Source: Candidatus Aenigmatarchaeota archaeon
GTDB taxonomy: Archaea; Aenigmatarchaeota; Aenigmatarchaeia; QMZP01; JAFGSV01
Length of the DNA: 64,000 bases
Assembly (NCBI GenBank): GCA_016931255.1
Contig: JAFGFG010000009.1
Coordinates: forward strand, 91,627-155,626
Reading direction: 5' to 3'
The notes beneath the pieces were generated by a model. That model had not been told where the DNA came from, did not search any database, and was given only the letters and a program-made list of their open reading frames with translations. Each line of letters starts with the position of its first letter. Position 1 is the stretch's first letter. A program made the translations under genes and the position numbers. This document shows positions 18,599 through 27,392 of this stretch, one piece after another.

Positions 18599-19635
18599 GA
18601 GATTAATCTTGAAACGCCTGCTTTAAAAGTGTTTTCCTTTTTGAAACTGAACTTTATGCCGTATATCCATGATGCCGTTATTCCCACAATGGTCACGACC
18701 CAGTAGCTGGCAAATCTCCAGAGCAGGATTCCGCTGGCTGCCTGCGCGAACGGAACTCCCAGCATTCCGAGAACCAATATGGTGGAAGACTCGTATGCAA
18801 GAATTCCCCCAGGAAGCAGCGGCACATTCCCGGCCATTATGCCGACGCCCAGAACCACGGCGCATGTGTATATGTCAATGTTTACGCCGAGCGCATTGAA
18901 AATTATGTATATGGTTACGACCTCGATTGATCTTTCGAATGCAGCTATGAGCAGGCTTTTTCCCATGAGTTCTTTTCTCCTGAAAGACCTCTTCATGTTG
19001 TCCCTGAATCTGAGCATCTCGTGGGGAAGTCCCTTGGCGCTCTTCACCCTGAACCTCTTCAGCAGCCCGGATATCTTCCAGGCTACATACACGAGCGCCC
19101 TTTCGTCATAAAGCGTATAGAGTCCTATGGTCAGAGGAACAAGCACTACTGTAAGTATCATCCATAGCGTGAACCAGTCGAATATACTGAGCATGGCGAG
19201 GCTTACAGCTGAAAGGTAAACAAGGCCGATAAGGCTTATGAGCGTTATAAGCGAATCCATCGCAAGGCTGGCGAATATCTTTCTTTTCGGCGCTGATATC
19301 TTCTTCGAAAGCATGTATCCCTTCACAGGCTCACCACCGAACCTTACCATTGGGGTGAGATTGTTGAACACTGTGCCGAGCAGTGCGTACTTGAACACCA
19401 CCGAGTGCTTGACATCCACATCAACACTCTGAAGCAGTATCTTCCACCTGAAGCTGTACGCTATGATAACGCTGAACGGGAGAAAAAGTATGAAAGGTAT
19501 GAATACAGGATGAAGTCCGCTGAGAACACCCCAAACCTCACCGAACCCCACCATCTGCTGCAGCAATATGCCTAATGCAATAATGCTTCCTACAAGCATG
19601 AGCGCGATTTTATTCATAATAATATAAGTGGCCAA
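18595..19635 (-). CDS. UPF0104 / lysylphosphatidylglycerol-synthase TM-domain putative flippase
   Basis: RW..LL, NNLTP....GGEP.K, P..PGG....E, LLWR..SYW. Confidence 0.85.
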   Translation of the reverse strand: MATYIIMNKIALMLVGSIIALGILLQQMVGFGEVWGVLSGLHPVFIPFILFLPFSVIIAYSFRWKILLQSVDVDVKHSVVFKYALLGTVFNNLTPMVRFGGEPVKGYMLSKKISAPKRKIFASLAMDSLITLISLIGLVYLSAVSLAMLSIFDWFTLWMILTVVLVPLTIGLYTLYDERALVYVAWKISGLLKRFRVKSAKGLPHEMLRFRDNMKRSFRRKELMGKSLLIAAFERSIEVVTIYIIFNALGVNIDIYTCAVVLGVGIMAGNVPLLPGGILAYESSTILVLGMLGVPFAQAASGILLWRFASYWVVTIVGITASWIYGIKFSFKKENTFKAGVSRLIS

Positions 19636-19652
19636 AACCCTATAATAGACTT

Positions 19653-19985
19653 ATGCTGGGCGTACTGCTTTCAATCTTCGCTTCTCTGCTGATTGGCACA
19701 TCAGCAACCATGCAGAAATACAGCCTGCGGAGAATAAGGAAATTCCGGTTCAGGAGGATTTTCTCAAACAGGCTATGGATAATATCGATTTTGATAGGTG
19801 CCTCAGGAACGCTGATGTACCTCTTCGCCATGCGTCTCAGCCCAATCCACATAGTCCAGCCGATAATAGCAGTGTCCATGCTGATACCCGTTATACTTGG
19901 AAACATTTTATTTGGTGAAAAAATAGGAAACCGGTGGTTCCATATAATTATAATATTCATAGGAGTGTGGCTGATATCAGTGTGA
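19653..19985 (+). CDS. Small DMT/EamA-family membrane protein
   Basis: 4 TM; SP...VQP......L.P...G..LFGEK. Confidence 0.75.
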   Translation: MLGVLLSIFASLLIGTSATMQKYSLRRIRKFRFRRIFSNRLWIISILIGASGTLMYLFAMRLSPIHIVQPIIAVSMLIPVILGNILFGEKIGNRWFHIIIIFIGVWLISV

Positions 19986-20374
19986 ATTTTCAGGCAGCTT
20001 TCAATGCAGGGATTGCGCTCGGGCTGTCAGGGCTTTTTGTTAGGATTGGTACAACAGGCATACCTCTGGACATCGCATTTCTCATTACATTCTTCATGAA
20101 CCCCTTCTCATTCTTTGCTGCACTGTTTGGAATATACGGTCTGGTGTATCTTCAGATAGCCCTCTACAAAAACGAGATAACATTCGTAGTCCCTCTCGTT
20201 TCAGCACTCTCTGTTGCCACACCGATAATACTTGCCGCGATATTTCTGAAAGAATACGTGCCTGCAATGAAATGGTTTGGACTTCTGCTGATACTCATAG
20301 GCACAGTTGGCATGACAAGGGACGGAAAGAAAAGCCTTCTGGGAGCCATAGCAATGAAACTCAGAAAACGCTAG
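19982..20374 (+). CDS. Small DMT/EamA-family membrane protein (partner subunit)
   Basis: GTGA overlap with the previous gene; 4 TM; V.P......FLKE.V...KW.G..LI..G. Confidence 0.7.
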   Translation: MNFQAAFNAGIALGLSGLFVRIGTTGIPLDIAFLITFFMNPFSFFAALFGIYGLVYLQIALYKNEITFVVPLVSALSVATPIILAAIFLKEYVPAMKWFGLLLILIGTVGMTRDGKKSLLGAIAMKLRKR

Positions 20375-23058
20375 CTCACTTCTATCCCAGGCTTCCCGGG
20401 CATTGCCTGCACAGCCTTATTGGAGAATGAATTCTCCGCAGTTTCTATCACAACAGAGCACGAGAATTCGCTTTCCAGTGACGGCTTCATTTCATTCATC
20501 AGTGATTTCTCTGTCTTCTGGCCAAGCAGAACCGAAGGCATCCTTTCAGGATTCTTCACAAAGATGGGAACAAGCCTGCTGACATCTTTACCGTAAGGCC
20601 TGAACCTGCCTTCGGACATCAAAACTTTCATTATTTCACCCGGGTTGCGTGTCTTTTCCATGTGTTCTTTCACCTTCTCAACGAATAGGTATTTCCACTC
20701 CGGTGAAATTATGATGCTTATTTTTGACGGCTTCATATTCGCGAGCCTTATCACATGGTCTATGTCGGACCCGAGCTGTGTCATCATGGCTTCCATTGCA
20801 AGAGCTTTCTTGTCTATCTTTTTTGCCTTAGGCCATTCTGATGAAGAGACGAATCCCTTCTCCCCGAGCTTTGACCACAGCTCCTCTGCTGCATGCGGAC
20901 CGAACGGAGACAGCAGCTGCACAAGGGATTTGAGTGAGTGCTTGAGCAGCTTCCTGTTGATGTCACCCTTTGTATATGAATATAGATAATTCACGAATTC
21001 GAGTATGGTTCCCAGAGCAAGGTTAAACTGGAAATCCTCTATCTGCCTGCTCACATTGCTTATTGTGAGGGATGTCTTTGCTTCCAGTATCCTGTCCCTC
21101 ACTGAAGTTGCTTTGTAAGGGCCCTCTTCTGTGTTCTTGATGTTTTCTGTCACTAGCTTGAACAGCCTTGAAAGGAATCTGTGCGTTCCCTGAATACCAT
21201 TGTCGTCCCATTCAAGCTGGCTCTCGGGACTGGCAACAAAAAGCAGGAACATCCGTGCTGTATCTATGCCGTATTTCTTTGACACTTCCTCCTGAGTGAC
21301 AGCGTTGCCGAATGACTTGCTCATTTTGTGACCGTTCCTGTACACTATGCCCTGGTTGAACAGTTTCAGGAATGGCTCCCCGAAACTCAGGAGACCAAGG
21401 TCTCTCAGAACCTTTGTGAAGAATCTTGCATAAAGAAGGTGCATGACGGCGTGCTCAGCTCCTCCTATGTACTGGTCCACGGGCATCCAGTATCTGATTG
21501 CCTTTTCGTCGAACATTTTGCTGGATTTGGGGTTGCAGTACCTCAGGAAGTACCATGACGAGTCCACGAACGTGTCCATCGTGTCTGTTTCCCTTTTTGC
21601 CTTCCCGCTGCATTTCGGGCATTTGCAGTTGACGAATTTATCTGAAGCTTTCAGAGGGTTTCCCTCTCCTGTAAACCTGACGTCTGTCGGAAGTATGACA
21701 GGAAGGTCTTTCTCCCTGACAGGCTGTATTCCGCATTTATCACAGTAAACCACCGGTATAGGGGTTCCCCAGTATCTCTGCCTTGATATTCCCCAGTCAC
21801 GTATCTTGTAGTTGACAACTTTTTTGCCCATTTTGTTTTTCTCAATCCATTCAGCCATCTTCGGAAGTGCTTCCCTGTTGTTCATGGAACTGAACTTACC
21901 TGAATTGAAAAGTATTCCGTCATCAGTGAATGCGTCCTCGAAGTCCTTCGGGTCTATGGGATTTCCATTGCCGCTTATCACGAACTTGAGGGGTATGTTG
22001 TATTTTCTTGCGAACCGGAAGTCTCTCTTGTCATGTGCATCGCACATCACAATCCCGCTCCCGTACATCAGCGCGAAGTTGGAAACATAAATTGGAACCC
22101 TTTCACCGTTCACTGGATTTATCGCATACTTGCCAGTGAACACGCCTGCCTTTTCCTTCTCCTCATTGGTCCTGTCTATGATGCTCTCCTTCTTCACCTT
22201 CTTTATGAAATCGCTAACCTCCTTCTCTTTTCCCGTTCCCTTTACGAGTTTCTCAATCATCGGGTGCTCCGGAGCCACTGCTATGAAAGTAACGCTGAAA
22301 ACTGTATCGCATCTTGTTGTGAATGTCGGAAGGACTGTTTCGGTTCCCTCAAGCCTGAAGTGTATGTCAACCCCATGACTTTTTCCTATCCAGTTCTCCT
22401 GCATAAGCTTTATTTTCTCAGGCCATCCTTCCAGCTTCTTGAGGCCGTCAAGGAGTTCGTCTGCGTAATCAGTTATCCTGAAGAACCACTGCTCTATCTT
22501 CTTTTCCTCCACATCGCTGCCGCATCTCCAGCAGCGGCCATTTTCAACCTGCTCGTTTGCCAGGACAGTATTGCAGTCAGGACACCAGTTCACAGGGGAT
22601 TCTTTCTTGTATACGAGCCCTTTTTCAAGAGCCTTCAGGAAAAACCACTGGTTCCATTTGTAGTATTCCGGGTAGCATGTCGCTATTTCCTTTTCCCAGT
22701 CATACGACAGGCCGAGAGCCATCTGGTTCTTCTTTATGCCTTCTATGGCATCTTCAGTGTACTTCTTCGGATGTGTCTTGTGCTTTATCGCAGCGTTCTC
22801 CGCGGGAAGCCCGAATGCGTCGTAGCCCATGGGGTACAGGACATTGAATCCGTTCATCCTCTTGTAGCGTGCCACTGCATCACCCATTGAGTAGTTCCTT
22901 ATGTGTCCCATGTGGAGTCCCGCTGCGCTCGGGTAAGGAAACATCTCCAGTACATAGTATTTCTTTTTCTTAGGATTCTTCCCTGTTCTGAAGATTTCGG
23001 CTTCTTTCCATTTCTTCTGCCATTTCTTTTCCATGCTGCTGAAATCTGTTTTGGCCAT
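20371..23058 (-). CDS. leuS: Leucine--tRNA ligase (bacterial-type core)
   Basis: MFPYPS..LHMGH, DW.ISRQRYWG.PIP, ETDTMDTFVDSSWY, GG.EHA..HLLYARF, KMSKS. Confidence 0.97.
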   Translation of the reverse strand: MAKTDFSSMEKKWQKKWKEAEIFRTGKNPKKKKYYVLEMFPYPSAAGLHMGHIRNYSMGDAVARYKRMNGFNVLYPMGYDAFGLPAENAAIKHKTHPKKYTEDAIEGIKKNQMALGLSYDWEKEIATCYPEYYKWNQWFFLKALEKGLVYKKESPVNWCPDCNTVLANEQVENGRCWRCGSDVEEKKIEQWFFRITDYADELLDGLKKLEGWPEKIKLMQENWIGKSHGVDIHFRLEGTETVLPTFTTRCDTVFSVTFIAVAPEHPMIEKLVKGTGKEKEVSDFIKKVKKESIIDRTNEEKEKAGVFTGKYAINPVNGERVPIYVSNFALMYGSGIVMCDAHDKRDFRFARKYNIPLKFVISGNGNPIDPKDFEDAFTDDGILFNSGKFSSMNNREALPKMAEWIEKNKMGKKVVNYKIRDWGISRQRYWGTPIPVVYCDKCGIQPVREKDLPVILPTDVRFTGEGNPLKASDKFVNCKCPKCSGKAKRETDTMDTFVDSSWYFLRYCNPKSSKMFDEKAIRYWMPVDQYIGGAEHAVMHLLYARFFTKVLRDLGLLSFGEPFLKLFNQGIVYRNGHKMSKSFGNAVTQEEVSKKYGIDTARMFLLFVASPESQLEWDDNGIQGTHRFLSRLFKLVTENIKNTEEGPYKATSVRDRILEAKTSLTISNVSRQIEDFQFNLALGTILEFVNYLYSYTKGDINRKLLKHSLKSLVQLLSPFGPHAAEELWSKLGEKGFVSSSEWPKAKKIDKKALAMEAMMTQLGSDIDHVIRLANMKPSKISIIISPEWKYLFVEKVKEHMEKTRNPGEIMKVLMSEGRFRPYGKDVSRLVPIFVKNPERMPSVLLGQKTEKSLMNEMKPSLESEFSCSVVIETAENSFSNKAVQAMPGKPGIEVS

Positions 23059-23117
23059 AATAACTATTCGAACAGGTCAAAATATAAATTTTAGAACCGC
23101 ATTAATCATAGAAGGTT

Positions 23118-23244
23118 GCCCCAGTAGCCTAGTTTGGATAAGGCGTCGGCCTTCTAGTCTCAGGCTAGAAGGTTCGAGGTTTCGTGAAACGGACCAGTGA
23201 GAGAAGACAGCCGAAGATCGGGGGTTCAAATCCCTCCTGGGGCA
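23118..23244 (+). tRNA. tRNA-Arg(UCU) with a 52-nt intron (23157-23208) at position 37/38
   Basis: Acceptor GCCCCAG/CTGGGGC-A; A20 in the D-loop; TCGGC-CTTCTA^...^A-GCCGA; canonical BHB CTTC/GAAG with bulges TAG and ACA and inner helix TCTCA/TGAGA. Confidence 0.92.
23157..23208 (+). ncRNA. Intron-encoded single-K-turn guide predicted to target U34 of tRNA-Arg(UCU)
   Basis: CTAGAAGGT (23165-23173) pairs with GCCTTCTAG; D-like TCGA at 23174-23177; stem GGTT/GACC, bulge AGT, then GAGAG; D+5 base A23169 pairs with U34 (23153). Confidence 0.65.
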
Positions 23245-23257
23245 TAAAGGAACCGCT

Positions 23258-23782
23258 ATGGTTTTCAAACTGGTAAGGTCTGGAAAGAGAATAAGGGAGC
23301 TTGTTCTCGGGATTGAGAATGATGCAGAGCTCGGAAAATACATCGATAAAAGGAAAAACACCCGAAGGCACTCCCTTCATGAAGACATTGAAATCATCAA
23401 CAAGTACATAGATTACATCAGGTTCTCAAGACCCGCATCACTGTCTCATGAGTCACCACCTGTGAATGAGAAGGATGCTGAAGACAATATACAGTCAAGG
23501 GGGAGAACAAAATTCCCTTTCGCAGCCGCCAGTGACGTTATTTCCAATCCTGCCAGATGGTCCGGGAATCATGTGATAATAGACGGCTCACTTCAGTTCG
23601 TGAGCTCCAATGAAAGGGGCGAGCACTGGCACAGGTTCAGCGACGGGACAGGCACCCTGATAGCTGTCGGGAAGGAGAATCTCAATGGCAGGAGCGGCAC
23701 GCTTTTCGGGGTTGCGAGGCAGACGCCTGTCGGAAAGCAGCTTTTTGTTGAAATCAGGAACTTCCATCCCCAGCAAATCTAA
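23258..23782 (+). CDS. Hypothetical protein with a C-terminal OB-fold-like domain
   Basis: V.I.G.L......HW.RFSDGTG.L...L.G..RQT. Confidence 0.6.
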   Translation: MVFKLVRSGKRIRELVLGIENDAELGKYIDKRKNTRRHSLHEDIEIINKYIDYIRFSRPASLSHESPPVNEKDAEDNIQSRGRTKFPFAAASDVISNPARWSGNHVIIDGSLQFVSSNERGEHWHRFSDGTGTLIAVGKENLNGRSGTLFGVARQTPVGKQLFVEIRNFHPQQI

Positions 23783-23807
23783 TTATATACGAATGTAATA
23801 TTTTATT

Positions 23808-25436
23808 ATGGCTGAAAACAGACTGTGTTTATCACTATTCTTGCTGATAGCCGTCTCGGTTATGGTTTCAGCCGTTCATGATGTTTCTGCAGAAGATACG
23901 ACGGCTTCTTACACAAACATGACAATTGATGAGCTTGAAGGTCTGTATAATTATCACACAGAATATGCCGATATGATAATGACGTACATACAGCTTCCTT
24001 CTGATCAACGACCTAGTGAATTCAGGGACAAAACCATATATGAGCTTTACAGAATATATGAATTCCATATAATGGAAGCAGAGAGGATACTGGGAATTAT
24101 AATTTCTATGGATGTGTCTGCTGAATACTGCGGAAACAATATGTGCAGCCCAGATGAATCCTGTCAGACCTGCCCTGAAGACTGCGGAGAATGTGCACCC
24201 CTGACTGACGCAACAGATGGAAGTAATGTTTCTGACTGGTACAATAACCTGACTTTGGTGATAACTGCGCCCGGCGAGACTGCGAACACAGAAACCGGCG
24301 ATGAAACGATAACAGAGAATGAAACGCCTGTTACTGAACCTGAAGAGGTCGTTGCCACGGAAGATGCGAATACATCAGCGGATTTGGAGGCTAATGCATC
24401 TCTCTACAATATAACAGGCGTGATTGCGGCAAGGACGCCTGACTATATAGAATACATGAGAAATGTGCTGAGCCAGGTCAAAGAGGATGAATGGAAGAAA
24501 TATGAGAGTTATTCCGCTTACAGGGAAGCGATAGGCCAGCAATATGAAAATCCGGCAATAACCAGAAGGAGAGATATCAGAATGGAAGAGGTGCTCATAG
24601 ATAGGATAAGCGCGGGCATGGCTGTCAGGATTGATATGAAAAAACCTCTGATGTCTGACACTCAGAATTATTCAGAAGATGGTATCCCAGTTGAAGCGGA
24701 TATACCTGTGACATTTGTTGATTTTTCAGTGAATAATGATGTAGAAAGGGTGGAGCTTCGCATAGGGAAGATTGACAGTTCACCGACTTCAGAAGATGGG
24801 CTGGCAAATTCTGTGTATGAGTACGTTGAGATAGAGAAAACAGGCATTATGGATGATGACATAGACGATGTGGGAATAGGATTCAAAGTCAGGAAGTCGT
24901 GGATAGACGGGAATCATATAAACACAAGTGAGATGGCGCTCTTCCGTCTCGTCGGAGAGAATTGGACAGAGCTTCCGACAAGAATAGTATCCGAGGATTC
25001 TGAAAATGTGTATTACGAAGCGCAGTCAGATGGTTTCTCGTATTTCGCAATAGGCATAACTGCAGCTGTGCTCTCCCCTGTCATCATAGACATGCCTGAC
25101 CCGGCGAAGGGTGCTGGCGTAGGAGAAGAAGACAACATAGTCAGCATAAGGTTCAGCTGGATTCTTGTTCTTATAATCATAGCTTTCATAGTCATACTGA
25201 AATACGCTTACATATCCCGGAAGGTTAAGGATATTTTCCACAGGGAAAGCGAGGGGGAGCTCCAGAAGATGATTGACGAGTTCAGCCGCCAGAGAAAAGA
25301 GGCGCTGAACCAGTATTACAGACGTGAGATAACCAACGAGCAGATGAACCAGATAATCAACGGTATTAAGGAGAAGGAGTTCGGCGTCCAGATGCGCATG
25401 AAAAAGCTGAAAGAGAAATCAGGCGGCATCCAGTAG
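23808..25436 (+). CDS. Cell-surface protein with Cys-rich repeat and PGF-pre-PGF domain
   Basis: Signal peptide; CGNNMCSPDESCQTCPEDCGEC; VYEY.EI..I.FKV.KSWI..W.ELPT..YYEA.S.GFSYFAI; TM and cytoplasmic coiled tail. Confidence 0.85.
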   Translation: MAENRLCLSLFLLIAVSVMVSAVHDVSAEDTTASYTNMTIDELEGLYNYHTEYADMIMTYIQLPSDQRPSEFRDKTIYELYRIYEFHIMEAERILGIIISMDVSAEYCGNNMCSPDESCQTCPEDCGECAPLTDATDGSNVSDWYNNLTLVITAPGETANTETGDETITENETPVTEPEEVVATEDANTSADLEANASLYNITGVIAARTPDYIEYMRNVLSQVKEDEWKKYESYSAYREAIGQQYENPAITRRRDIRMEEVLIDRISAGMAVRIDMKKPLMSDTQNYSEDGIPVEADIPVTFVDFSVNNDVERVELRIGKIDSSPTSEDGLANSVYEYVEIEKTGIMDDDIDDVGIGFKVRKSWIDGNHINTSEMALFRLVGENWTELPTRIVSEDSENVYYEAQSDGFSYFAIGITAAVLSPVIIDMPDPAKGAGVGEEDNIVSIRFSWILVLIIIAFIVILKYAYISRKVKDIFHRESEGELQKMIDEFSRQRKEALNQYYRREITNEQMNQIINGIKEKEFGVQMRMKKLKEKSGGIQ

Positions 25437-27065
25437 GTCAGCCACCTTCTTCTGGCCTATGCTCATTATGAATGGCGCAAGCCTTGGGCCATAGTCCTTG
25501 TTTATGAGTATGCTGTACATTGCCTGAAAGAAGTCCTTTGGTTTGATTCCACTTTCTTTGCATGTATTGAACAGCACATCAATCATCTCTTTTTCATTGT
25601 ACTCCTTCTTCCTGAGCTTTACGGATACAGTTTTTACCAGCTTTCTCACATCAGGATTGAGCTCTGCTTTTGATTTCTCCTGAAGCTCGAACTTGTATTT
25701 GTCCGGAGCAAGATTCTCTATCCACTGCTTTGCGAAACCGAGCCTGTTTCCTAAATATGAAATATACTCTTTCCCTGGTTTGCCTGATATGTGTCCTGTC
25801 CTCTCCAGTATTTTCAGCGATTCATTCATCTCAGGGGCTATCTGAACTATGGATGATGCAAATGCTAGCGATATCTGCGGAGGAAGGTTCTTTTCAATAT
25901 TACCGATTACGGAGAACTCGTAAATCCTCTTTTCCTGTTCGTAGTCCTTTTCATTCAACTTTTCAGCCTTATGGTAGACCCTCTGTGTTCTGTCGTACCT
26001 GTCATAGAGCAGGACAATGTCATTCTCGTCATACGGGTCGAAGTCAACCCTGGCATGGGGCCTTGTCCTTACGAGAAGGTAACGGAGCATATCTGCCGGG
26101 AGGTAATTTGTCATCTCTGAAAAACCCACACCCATGCCTTTGGATGTTGACATCTTCTTTCCTCCAACTGTGAAGAATTCATATCCTTTTCCGGTTTCCT
26201 TTCTGGTGGAAGGATATGGTGGGGGGAAGTCAAGAACCTCGTCCGCTATTGCAATCGATATGCTCCGGCTTCCTCCTTTGGTGAAGTGGTCCTTTCCTGC
26301 AAGCTCGCAGACAACTCCGACAGTTGGCCATTTGGCTGCCCACTCAGCCTTCCAGGGGAGTTTTCCTCCGCCCCTGTAAGGGGATATCTCGCCTTCATGC
26401 CCGCATCCTTTAGCCCATTTCACGAGATTAGGCTCGCACCTGTATTTGACAACTTCCCTTTCAGCGTCCCATTCATACGCATTGGTTGTCCCTATCTTTC
26501 CGCATTTTTCGCACTGGGGATTGAAGGGCAGCCTGCCAAGAGGCTTTCCGTAGAAGCGTTTGTAAATTTCCTGAATCTTGTGGTTGTTGTCGAGTATCTT
26601 CTTTATGGAAGCATCGAAGTCCCCGTCCCTGTATCGTTTTCCTGTGCTTTCAACTTCTGCCACTATTCCGTATTCATCAAACTTGTCTGTGCAGTCCCTG
26701 AAGTAGTATTCTGCGAATGAATCATAGCCTTTGACAGGGCTCGGTATGTCCATGAAAGGCATGCCGAGATATTTGTCGAATGATTTCGGGATGTCCTTGT
26801 TGGGCTTGTCGTACGGGTCTATGTCATCTGAACTCAGCACGAACTTTGCATTCATCCCTGCATCGCGCATGGCCTTTGCTATCACATCATGTATTATCCA
26901 TCCCCGTCCTGAGCCTATGTGTATCTTTCCGCTGGGGGTCTTCTCGTCATAGACTATGTAGCCTCTTTCTTTCACAATCTTCTTCAGTACAGGATTCTTA
27001 TCGACGTTTTCTTTCACAGCTTTTGCTATCTGGTCTGCCCAGAAGAGTGACTCCTTGTCATCCAT
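25419..27065 (-). CDS. lysS: Lysine--tRNA ligase class I
   Basis: FWAD, TPSG.IHIG, KLPW..EW.A.W, GKDH, KMS.SKG, GPRL. Confidence 0.96.
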   Translation of the reverse strand: MDDKESLFWADQIAKAVKENVDKNPVLKKIVKERGYIVYDEKTPSGKIHIGSGRGWIIHDVIAKAMRDAGMNAKFVLSSDDIDPYDKPNKDIPKSFDKYLGMPFMDIPSPVKGYDSFAEYYFRDCTDKFDEYGIVAEVESTGKRYRDGDFDASIKKILDNNHKIQEIYKRFYGKPLGRLPFNPQCEKCGKIGTTNAYEWDAEREVVKYRCEPNLVKWAKGCGHEGEISPYRGGGKLPWKAEWAAKWPTVGVVCELAGKDHFTKGGSRSISIAIADEVLDFPPPYPSTRKETGKGYEFFTVGGKKMSTSKGMGVGFSEMTNYLPADMLRYLLVRTRPHARVDFDPYDENDIVLLYDRYDRTQRVYHKAEKLNEKDYEQEKRIYEFSVIGNIEKNLPPQISLAFASSIVQIAPEMNESLKILERTGHISGKPGKEYISYLGNRLGFAKQWIENLAPDKYKFELQEKSKAELNPDVRKLVKTVSVKLRKKEYNEKEMIDVLFNTCKESGIKPKDFFQAMYSILINKDYGPRLAPFIMSIGQKKVADLLDAA

Positions 27066-27116
27066 AAAATAAAATGAGCCGGGCGGCTTTTAAAAGCGCT
27101 GCGAAAAGAACTCTTT

Positions 27117-27392
27117 ATGCAGGTAAGATTTCATCTTCTCATAAGCGGTTCGGTGCAGGGAGTGGGATTCAGGTCAGCTGTCCATGACATGGCACGTGAA
27201 CTCAATGTGAATGGCTGGGTGCGAAACAGGGAGGACGGTAAGGTTGAGGCTGTTTTCGAGGGAAGCAGGTTTTCCGTATTGGAGATTGTCGATTTCTGTA
27301 GGAAGGGGCCAGCCTGCGCTGAAGTGGATGACATAGAAGTCAAGGAAGAGAAATGCAGTGAAGATTTCTATTCTTTCATGGTAAAGTATTAA
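27117..27392 (+). CDS. acyP: Acylphosphatase
   Basis: GSVQGVGFR..GWVRN..DG.VEA..EG..GP..A.V. Confidence 0.93.
   Translation: MQVRFHLLISGSVQGVGFRSAVHDMARELNVNGWVRNREDGKVEAVFEGSRFSVLEIVDFCRKGPACAEVDDIEVKEEKCSEDFYSFMVKY

Noticed and set aside
23118-23244. Reassigned identity of tRNA(UCU) because of its unusual GCCCCAG acceptor and A73
   Set aside because: The Arg determinants A20 and C35 are present, and A73 is compatible with ArgRS
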